64,000 nucleotides of DNA from a bacterium. GTDB lineage: Bacteria; Patescibacteriota; Patescibacteriia; Patescibacteriales; JAKAJF01. The stretch is from NCBI GenBank assembly GCA_021788015.1, contig JAJYLD010000001.1:209581-273580 (forward strand), read 5' to 3'. The stretch's first letter is position 1, and each line of letters opens with the position of its first letter. The notes beneath the pieces are model-generated. The model was not told the origin of the DNA. It did not search any database and saw only the letters and a list, made by a program, of their open reading frames with translations. Shown here one piece after another: positions 37,690 through 44,739 of the stretch. Both the position numbers and the translations under genes were made by a program.

Positions 37690-38746
37690 AAAAATACTTC
37701 TATCCGGCGGGGGCACGGGCGGTTCCGTATCGCCACTTTTGGCTATTTGTGAAAGTTTGAAAAAAGAATACGAATTTTTTTGGGTAGGCACAAAAAACGG
37801 CATCGAAAAGAAAATGGTCGGGGCCGAAAAGATACCTTATTATTCCGTTTCGAGCGGAAAATTCAGACGTTATTTTTCCATCCGTAATTTTATCGATCCG
37901 TTTTTTGTTTTAATCGGTTTTTTTCAATCCTTGGGGTTATTGCTTAATTTGAGACCGGACATGGTAATTACGGCCGGAAGTTTTGTCAGCGTGCCGGTCG
38001 TTTGGGCGGCCCGGCTTTTGCGCATTCCGGTTTTAGTACATCAGCAAGATATCAGGCCGGGACTTGCCAATAAACTGATGGCGCCGTTCGCAAAAGTCAT
38101 AACCGTTACTTTTGAAAAATCGTTAAAAGATTACGGCAAAAAAGCGGTTTTGACCGGAAGCCCGGCGAGGCAAAGTCTCCAAAATCCAAATTCAAAATTC
38201 CAAATTCCAAATGAATTTAGCGAAGGACTGCCTGTAATTTTTATTTTAGGCGGGGGCACGGGCGCGAAAGCTATAAATGATTTAGTTTATGAATCCATGT
38301 CGGAAATCACAAAATTTTGTAACGTAATTCATCAGACAGGAAAAAATAAAATCGCAAATCGCAAATCGCCGATTATCAATTGCGTTTCTTTCGATTTTCT
38401 CAATCCTCCCCAAATGGCTGCCGCATACGCCGAAGCCGACCTTGTCGTTTCCCGCGCCGGCATGGGAACTTTGACCGAACTTTCTTATTTCGGCAAACCG
38501 GCCATAATAATTCCCATGCCCGATTCGCATCAAGAAGAAAACGCCGAGATTTTAAAAAATGCGAACGCGGCGATTGTTTTGAATCAGAGAAAGTTGAGCT
38601 CGGATAAATTTATTTCGGAAATTAAAAAATTGCTCACAAATGATAATTTAAAATCGGAATTAAGCGCAAACATAAAAAAAATCATCCGCACGGACGCGGA
38701 TGAAATTATAAAAACAATAAAAGCTATAATACCAGCACAGTTATAA
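37673..38746 (+). CDS. murG: Undecaprenyldiphospho-muramoylpentapeptide beta-N-acetylglucosaminyltransferase
   Basis: ILLSGGGTGGSVSP, FILGGGTGAKAIN and VSRAGMGTLTELSYFGKPAIIIP motifs. It contains two in-frame AT-word repeat tracts. Confidence 0.9.
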   Translation: MEIINKKILLSGGGTGGSVSPLLAICESLKKEYEFFWVGTKNGIEKKMVGAEKIPYYSVSSGKFRRYFSIRNFIDPFFVLIGFFQSLGLLLNLRPDMVITAGSFVSVPVVWAARLLRIPVLVHQQDIRPGLANKLMAPFAKVITVTFEKSLKDYGKKAVLTGSPARQSLQNPNSKFQIPNEFSEGLPVIFILGGGTGAKAINDLVYESMSEITKFCNVIHQTGKNKIANRKSPIINCVSFDFLNPPQMAAAYAEADLVVSRAGMGTLTELSYFGKPAIIIPMPDSHQEENAEILKNANAAIVLNQRKLSSDKFISEIKKLLTNDNLKSELSANIKKIIRTDADEIIKTIKAIIPAQL

Positions 38747-39085
38747 GCTCTCAAAGTCTGCTTTTATTTTTTTTGCTTTATCAATAGCAACTTCTATTGA
38801 TTCTTTTAATTTAAATGCGTCCTCTTTCATTTTTAAACATCCCTTTATAAATTCATCCGTATCCTTAATTATTTTTGTGGAAAATTCTTTATCTTCGTCT
38901 TCAGAAAATTTTTCTAAGTATTTTTTTTCTTTTTCCGATTCTTCAATTTTTAATTCAATTTCGGTTATATATGCCATTATATCTTGAAGATCTCTTTCTA
39001 AAGACATTATTGTTTCTTCTATTTCTTCAAGATGGCGTCTTTTTTCACCTTCAAAGTCCGGTTCGTTTTTAAATTGTTCGTTCAT
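38741..39085 (-). CDS. Hypothetical acidic coiled-coil protein
   Basis: 114 aa, Glu/Lys-rich with heptad-like periodicity. Its start overlaps the stop of the upstream gene by 4 nt, and its stop overlaps the murG stop region. Confidence 0.45.
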   Translation of the reverse strand: MNEQFKNEPDFEGEKRRHLEEIEETIMSLERDLQDIMAYITEIELKIEESEKEKKYLEKFSEDEDKEFSTKIIKDTDEFIKGCLKMKEDAFKLKESIEVAIDKAKKIKADFESL

Positions 39086-40335
39086 ATTTTTGTGATTTTC
39101 CTCTGTAATTTCGAGGTTAAAATTAATTTATTTTTTGAAACATACCCGTTTATTTCCGATCGCATGCCGAATTTGTTTTCGAAATACAAACCCGGTTCGA
39201 TCGCAAAAGGAATATCCGGTTCCAAGGCTTTTTCATTCTTCGGCGAAAAAACAAAATGTTCGCCATGGCAGGATTTTGTGCCTAAACTATGACCGGTCGC
39301 GTGAATAAAATATTTGTCCAGCTTCAATTTTTTAAAATATCCGCGCGCCGCCCAATCGACTTTTTTATTTTGTATAGATTTTTTCTTCTTCAATTTTCTT
39401 TTTATGTAAGCCACGGATAAGTCGCGCGCCTTTACGATTAGCGCGAAGTTTTTTTCATATCCTTTCGGAATATTTTTTCCCGTGTAAAAAATCCAGCTCA
39501 AATCGCCGTAAATGGAACCTTTTTCTTGAAGTCGCGCCCAGATGTCGATTAAGAGCAGTTGATTCTCGTCGATGATTTTCGCCGTTTTCTTTTCGGGAAA
39601 ATAATGCGGAATGGCCGAATTTTCATTGACGGCGACAATCGGCTTGTCTTTGTCAGGAATCAAACCTTCTTTTTTAAATTCGCGCAAAATAAATCGCTTC
39701 AAATCATGCTCGGTGATTTTCCCGAGTTTTCTTTTCACTTCTTTCAAGACGCGATCGCGAATCATTTCCAGTTTTTTGACGGCGAGTTTATGGCTTGAGA
39801 TTAATTTTGGATTTTTCAGTTCCCGAACTATTTTTTTATGCTCATTTTTGTTGCGCAAGCAGTCTTTTTTGATTCCGGCAAAATATTTTTTAATGTCTTT
39901 TTCTGTTTCATTAATTAATTTTAAACCATTTGCAACCGAAAAATTATCTTCATTTATCATGCATCCGAAATTGTCCCGGGCATTTTTGGATTCATAAACG
40001 ATTTCGTCGTTCCTTATCCAAAACGGAAAAATTTTGCAGACAAGCGGCCGATTGTCGCCCAAAACGCAGCCCTCTCCGTCTTTCAGGAAAAAACATTTTC
40101 CGTTTATTTTTCTGACATTCAGTTTGTAAAATTTATCCTTTATTTTTATAAAACTTTTTCCCCACCAATCTTCGTCATTTTTATCAATTTTGTATTCGCT
40201 TGAAATGGCAAAGTCATAAAGATTAAAACCTTTCGCTATAATATTTTTAATATCGCGAACAGTAAAAGGAACTCTTGGCGAATCCGCGCAACATCCTTTT
40301 TTATTTTTTAAGCATGTTTTGCAAATGTTAAGCAT
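39082..40335 (-). CDS. Fusion of a YkgJ-type Cys-cluster domain and an M24 metallopeptidase (Xaa-Pro aminopeptidase-like)
   Basis: N-terminal CKTCLKNKKGCC ... CFFL..GEGC ... C pattern (UPF0153/YkgJ type). The C-terminal half has HATGHSLG, IEPGLY and SEINGYV, typical of the M24 pita-bread fold. Confidence 0.65.
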   Translation of the reverse strand: MLNICKTCLKNKKGCCADSPRVPFTVRDIKNIIAKGFNLYDFAISSEYKIDKNDEDWWGKSFIKIKDKFYKLNVRKINGKCFFLKDGEGCVLGDNRPLVCKIFPFWIRNDEIVYESKNARDNFGCMINEDNFSVANGLKLINETEKDIKKYFAGIKKDCLRNKNEHKKIVRELKNPKLISSHKLAVKKLEMIRDRVLKEVKRKLGKITEHDLKRFILREFKKEGLIPDKDKPIVAVNENSAIPHYFPEKKTAKIIDENQLLLIDIWARLQEKGSIYGDLSWIFYTGKNIPKGYEKNFALIVKARDLSVAYIKRKLKKKKSIQNKKVDWAARGYFKKLKLDKYFIHATGHSLGTKSCHGEHFVFSPKNEKALEPDIPFAIEPGLYFENKFGMRSEINGYVSKNKLILTSKLQRKITKI

Positions 40336-40339
40336 GTTA

Positions 40340-40367
40340 TTGACAAAGATTTTTTAAATGCTAATAT
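40340..40367 (+). promoter_or_regulatory. Sigma-70-type promoter
   Basis: TTGACA (40340-40345), a 16-nt spacer, then TAATAT (40362-40367). Confidence 0.55.
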
Positions 40368-40426
40368 CGGATTAAACTTATCGAACGTTTTTAATTTAAA
40401 TAAATTCTAAAAAGGATGGTGATTTC

Positions 40427-40756
40427 ATGAAGCTGGACAAAATGGATTCCGGCGCAAAGCTGGAGCTCAACTTCGTTATTCGGAAATTTCTTGAATTACC
40501 CGGGGCGGAAAAAGAACGGCTCTATGTCCTCACTCAAATCGGCGGCGAAGATTCAATGGATGAAGCGGGGACAGCCCTACTTGCCTTGTTAGTAAATAAT
40601 CGCGAGGAAATGGCCAAATTCGCCGGACAGCCACCTTTCAAATTGTGGGCGGTATTTCCCGAGGACGCTCCCTGCAAAGCCGTGCTGTTCTGGCAATATT
40701 TTAAAGACAATCTTACAAAAAGGAACGGGGATATTCGCATCGCCTCCGCGACCTAA
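40427..40756 (+). CDS. Hypothetical protein, visibly GC-richer than its surroundings
   Basis: 109-aa ORF preceded by AAAGGATGGTGA (Shine-Dalgarno-like). No family recognised. Confidence 0.55.
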   Translation: MKLDKMDSGAKLELNFVIRKFLELPGAEKERLYVLTQIGGEDSMDEAGTALLALLVNNREEMAKFAGQPPFKLWAVFPEDAPCKAVLFWQYFKDNLTKRNGDIRIASAT

Positions 40757-40804
40757 CTCTATGTGTGTTACATGGAGTTTTTTATTTTTGTTTATTGTCT
40801 ATAA

Positions 40805-40832
40805 CGTCATTCCCGCGAAAGCGGGGATCCAG
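40805..40832. repeat. GC-rich CGTCATTCC-type hairpin repeat
   Basis: CGTCATTCCCGCGAAAGCGGGGATCCAG has a CCCGC/GCGGG stem with a GAAA loop, between convergent genes. It shares its first 9 nt with the element at 41362. Confidence 0.65.
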
Positions 40833-40837
40833 AAAAA

Positions 40838-41194
40838 TTATTCTGCCCAGGAATTTTTTCTTGTAATTATTTCGTTTTCTTTAAACCAAGGAGGAGTAAT
40901 AATCAAAAGTAAATCCATTGTCCCCGCATAAGTATATTCAACTTTTGAAGGTACGTCTACCAACATTCCGGCTTTAACATTTATTTTTTTATTGTCAATA
41001 ATAAAATATCCTTTTCCGGTGAGAACAAAATAAATGTGTGAACATTTTTTACTGATTATAAATGTATCATGGCCCCTTTTGACTTTTATAAAGTAAATCT
41101 CAAAATTTTTATTTTGAACGGGGAATAGATAACCGCTAAGGCCGATTTGTGTAAATGTCGCTTTTTGGGGCAACTTTTTTATGTATTTATTCAT
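40838..41194 (-). CDS. Cupin domain protein
   Basis: 118 aa. The beta-barrel pattern (H.YFVLTGKGYFIIDNKKINVKAGMLVDVPSKVEY) is typical of small cupins. Confidence 0.65.
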   Translation of the reverse strand: MNKYIKKLPQKATFTQIGLSGYLFPVQNKNFEIYFIKVKRGHDTFIISKKCSHIYFVLTGKGYFIIDNKKINVKAGMLVDVPSKVEYTYAGTMDLLLIITPPWFKENEIITRKNSWAE

Positions 41195-41362
41195 AATGTT
41201 ATAAATTCATTATAATAAAAAGTTTTTAATGTCGATAATATATTTTCTGGTAACATAATTTAAACTTGCTTTTTTCTCTAAAATTCAGTAAAATTTTTTT
41301 ATCCTTTAAGTTGATTTCAGTTTATCATGGTTTGTTTAAAGTTAGCAAACCGAAATAAAACC

Positions 41363-41459
41363 GTCATTCCGGAGTGCGGCATAGCAGGGGAGCGACAGAA
41401 TCTCGTGAATTTCTCGAGATCCTATCGGTCGCTCATAAATTCGCTCCCTCCAGGATGAC
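41363..41459 (+). other. GC-rich structured element in the murC leader (candidate cis-regulatory RNA or MITE)
   Basis: The outer helix is GTCATTCCGGAG / CTCCAGGATGAC (12 positions: 10 Watson-Crick, 1 G-U, 1 mismatch). Inside, GAGCGAC can pair with GTCGCTC, or GGGAGCGA with TCGCTCCC. The apical helix is ATCTCG/CGAGAT. It ends 8 nt before ATG 41468. Confidence 0.45.
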
Positions 41460-41467
41460 AATTTAAT

Positions 41468-42877
41468 ATGGACCTATCCAAAATCAAAAAAATTTACATG
41501 ATCGGAATTAAGGGAGTGGGTATGACCATGCTCGCCCAGTTTTTGGCCGCGCAAAAAATCGAAATTATCGGATCGGACACAGAAGAAAAATTTATGACTG
41601 ATGAAGTTTTAAAAAGGGCCGGCGTCAAAGTGATAGAGCGTTTTCATGAAAACAATGTTCCGGCCGATGCCGATTTGATTATTTATTCGACCGCGTACAA
41701 CGTCGAGCGGAATGTCGAAGTGGCGAAAGCTTTGAATCAAAATAAAATAAGAGTGCTTACCTATGCGCAGGCTTTGGGTGAAATTTTTAATGAAAAATAC
41801 GGCATAGCGGTGGCCGGTTCGCACGGAAAAACGACGACAACCGCCTGGCTCGCGTTCGTTATGCAAAAATCCGGTCTCGAACCTAATGCCATGGTCGGTT
41901 CGACCGTGCCGCAATTCGAAGGACCGAGCATAACGGGAAATTCCGATTATCTTGTCGTCGAAGCGGACGAATATCAGAACAAGCTTCAATATTTCAATCC
42001 GAAAATCGCGCTTTTGAACAATATCGATTACGATCATCCGGATTTTTTTTCAAGCTTTCTCGATTATGTCGATGTGTTTTTGAAATTCATTCAAAAAATT
42101 CCGAAGAAAGGATTTTTAGTCGCCAATTTTGATGACCCCGTTATTCGCAAATACGCGGGAGTAAATTGTGTTTGCGAGGTTGTAAGTTACGGTGTGGAAA
42201 CGCACCGCGGTGATTCTCTAAAAAATTATGATTTTATCGCTTACGACTTGAATGAAGAACATGGCCGGCAATACTTCAAAGTAAAAATGCAAAATGATGA
42301 AAATTATGAAGAGCTGGGTCAATTCAACATAACTCTGCCCGGAGTTCATAACGTCTACAATGCGCTTGCCGTTATCGCCGCCTGCGTAAATTTGGAAATT
42401 CCATTATTGTCCCTTAGAACAAGTTTGGCGGAATTTTCCGGAACAAAGCGAAGGATGGAGATAATGGGTGAATTCAACAAAGCCGTGATTATCGACGATT
42501 ACGCTCATCACCCGACAGAAATCAAAGCGACCCTGAACGGCATCCGCCAAATGTACCCGAATAATAAATTAACCGTTGTCTTCCACCCCCATACTTTTAC
42601 GCGCACAAAAGTATTGCTTGATGACTTTGCCGCCAGCTTCGATCGCGCCGATGAGATAATCATTTTGGACATTTACGGATCGGCGAGAGAAAAACAAGGC
42701 GGAGTGCACAGCCGCGATCTCGTTGAGAAAATCCGAACGCGCAAAAAAGACGCGAAATATATTTCAACTTTATCCGAATGCGAAAATTATCTTCGCCAAA
42801 ACGCGGGCCGCGAGGAAGTGATTCTTCTCATGGGCGCGGGTGACGTTTTCAGAGTGGGAGAAAATTTGATCAAATAA
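41468..42877 (+). CDS. murC: UDP-N-acetylmuramate--L-alanine ligase
   Basis: IYMIGIKGVGMTMLAQ, VAGSHGKTTTTAW, DYDHPD and DDYAHHPTEI motifs. Confidence 0.93.
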   Translation: MDLSKIKKIYMIGIKGVGMTMLAQFLAAQKIEIIGSDTEEKFMTDEVLKRAGVKVIERFHENNVPADADLIIYSTAYNVERNVEVAKALNQNKIRVLTYAQALGEIFNEKYGIAVAGSHGKTTTTAWLAFVMQKSGLEPNAMVGSTVPQFEGPSITGNSDYLVVEADEYQNKLQYFNPKIALLNNIDYDHPDFFSSFLDYVDVFLKFIQKIPKKGFLVANFDDPVIRKYAGVNCVCEVVSYGVETHRGDSLKNYDFIAYDLNEEHGRQYFKVKMQNDENYEELGQFNITLPGVHNVYNALAVIAACVNLEIPLLSLRTSLAEFSGTKRRMEIMGEFNKAVIIDDYAHHPTEIKATLNGIRQMYPNNKLTVVFHPHTFTRTKVLLDDFAASFDRADEIIILDIYGSAREKQGGVHSRDLVEKIRTRKKDAKYISTLSECENYLRQNAGREEVILLMGAGDVFRVGENLIK

Positions 42878-42923
42878 ACCCGGGATGAGATTAAAGAGTT
42901 CCAAAGAGACGGCATGCAGAGAG

Positions 42924-42952
42924 TTGAAAAAAATAACAAGTCATGGTATTAT
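42924..42952 (+). promoter_or_regulatory. Sigma-70-type promoter with extended -10
   Basis: TTGAAA (42924-42929), a 17-nt spacer ending in TGg, then TATTAT (42947-42952). Confidence 0.55.
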
Positions 42953-43059
42953 AAATACGCAAGCAGGATTTAAGATAAATAAAGGCAAATTCCGACCGAA
43001 AGAACGGTTTTTTTAATTCGAAAGATCGGTGAAACAAAAGCCTTTTTTAATTAATATCT

Positions 43060-44598
43060 ATGGCGATAATCTTTATTTTTTTGCTTATTTTGGTCGCTTC
43101 CGTCTTCACTCCCCAGTATATTTTATTTTTATTGGTTCTAAATCTTTTCGCCGGACTTTTTCTGTCTCTCTCCCAAATAATAATCGCTTTGCTGCCGCAC
43201 GCAAAGCCTCTTCATAAACAATTGAATTCGCAACCGTTCGTTTCGATTTTCGTTCCCGCCTATAACGAACCTCCAGCGATTTTGATGCAAACGCTGGAAA
43301 CCCTTTCAAAATTGAGATATGACAATTTTGAAGTTTTGGTCATAGACAATAACACCGAAGATCCGGATATTTGGAAACCGGTGGAAGCGTTTACAAAAAC
43401 GCTCGGAGAAAAGTTTCGTTTCTTTCATGTCGATCGCCTTTCCGGTTTTAAAGCCGGCGCGCTCAATTACCTTATAAAATACATGGAAAAGAAATCGGAA
43501 TATGTGGCCGTAATCGACGCCGATTATCTCGTCCATTCCTATTTTTTGACAACCGCTTTGTCATATTTCACGAATAAAGACATAGCTCTCGTGCAATTTC
43601 CGCAGCAATACCGCAATCGCATCAAAAAGAATCAGGCCATAGCCGACGAATACAGACATTTTTTCGGTATTTACATGAATATGGCCAATCATCTCGACTG
43701 CGTTCCCTCGACCGGTACCGTAAGTATTTATAAGTCGAACGTTTTGCGCCAAATCGGCGGTTTTCGGGGCGAGGCGCTTACGGAAGACGCCGATATCGGA
43801 CTTAGAATTTACGGAGCGGGTTATCGCGGGATATTTGTCGACCGACCGATCGGTTACGGTTTGATGCCTTACGACCTTGAAGCTTACCGGAAGCAAAAAT
43901 GGAGATGGGCGTTCGGAAACGCGCAATCGATAAAAACTCTTTTTTCTCTGTTTGGGAAAATTCCGTTCAGGTCCTGGCTAGGATTTCTTATCCATCTTAC
44001 GGCATGGGATCATTTGAATTTCTTACCATTCGCCGTTTTGGCCGCTTATTCCGTCGTTTTGCTGCCGAACATTCCGGTAACGCCCACGCATAGGCTTCTG
44101 CTTGAAATCGCTTCTTTGTCGATTTTTGTCACCTTGATATCCAAATTGATTCTTATTCGAGTGGCTTTGCGGAACCAGCCGAATTCTTTATCGCGTTCTT
44201 TGCGGGCTTTCGGAGTCCATATCGGCATGACTTTTTTGTATTCCGAAGCATGGCTTACCTATATTCTGCGCATGAAATTCACTTTTGAACGAACAAACAA
44301 ATTTATTTTTGCGAAAATGCCGAGCCTTTTGAAAAATTCGTACAAAGAGCTTGTCCTGGGATTATGGTTTTTGATCGGGATGGTTGAGGCTATCTTCTGG
44401 GGTACAAGAATAATAACGGTCGTCGCTTATTTTGTCTCGTCGATAATTTTATTTTCCGTTTACTACGTGTATTGGAAAATTTATCCGACAAAATCATATT
44501 CGAAAAAAATATTTGAAAACACGGAAAAGAAATATCTTCCTTATATCAAGTCAACGACTCACAATGTAAATTACGAATTAACCGAAGCAAGATTATGA
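43060..44598 (+). CDS. Membrane-embedded processive GT2 synthase (cellulose/chitin/hyaluronan-synthase-like)
   Basis: N-terminal TMs, a GT-A core (VIDNNTED, DADY, TEDADIG), then the QxxRW motif (RKQKWRWAFGN) followed by about six TM helices. Confidence 0.8.
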   Translation: MAIIFIFLLILVASVFTPQYILFLLVLNLFAGLFLSLSQIIIALLPHAKPLHKQLNSQPFVSIFVPAYNEPPAILMQTLETLSKLRYDNFEVLVIDNNTEDPDIWKPVEAFTKTLGEKFRFFHVDRLSGFKAGALNYLIKYMEKKSEYVAVIDADYLVHSYFLTTALSYFTNKDIALVQFPQQYRNRIKKNQAIADEYRHFFGIYMNMANHLDCVPSTGTVSIYKSNVLRQIGGFRGEALTEDADIGLRIYGAGYRGIFVDRPIGYGLMPYDLEAYRKQKWRWAFGNAQSIKTLFSLFGKIPFRSWLGFLIHLTAWDHLNFLPFAVLAAYSVVLLPNIPVTPTHRLLLEIASLSIFVTLISKLILIRVALRNQPNSLSRSLRAFGVHIGMTFLYSEAWLTYILRMKFTFERTNKFIFAKMPSLLKNSYKELVLGLWFLIGMVEAIFWGTRIITVVAYFVSSIILFSVYYVYWKIYPTKSYSKKIFENTEKKYLPYIKSTTHNVNYELTEARL

Positions 44599-44739
44599 AT
44601 TCCATTAGAAGCTCAGCCGGAAACGGACGAGCGCGATTGCTTCGTTGGAAAGACAATAGAAATAAAAAATAAAGGATTAAAGATTAACTCGAGCGGATAA
44701 GCAGTTCAAACTTTTTGATCGCGATTCGCTTCCAATGGG
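44595..44739 (+). repeat. SCAIR element, short form, with compensated arm variants
   Basis: The left arm is ATGAAT-TCCATTAGAAGC (44595-44612) and the right arm GCTTCCAATGGG (44728-44739) ends before ATG 44740. The internal TTTTTGATCGCGAT matches the start of the long-form core. Confidence 0.7.

Noticed and set aside
41363-41459. Whether the GC-rich murC-leader element is an SRP RNA, tRNA-like RNA or other housekeeping RNA
   Set aside because: It has no SRP domain IV motifs (GGAA loop, AGCA/GA symmetric loop) and no T-loop or D-loop signatures.
42955-43015. ACGCAAGC and GGCAAATTCCGACCGAAAGAACGG, reminiscent of c-di-GMP-I (GEMM-I) riboswitch fragments upstream of a cellulose-synthase-like gene
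   Set aside because: The fragments are in the wrong order for GEMM-I, and no P1 or tetraloop-receptor arrangement can be drawn. This is probably a chance resemblance.
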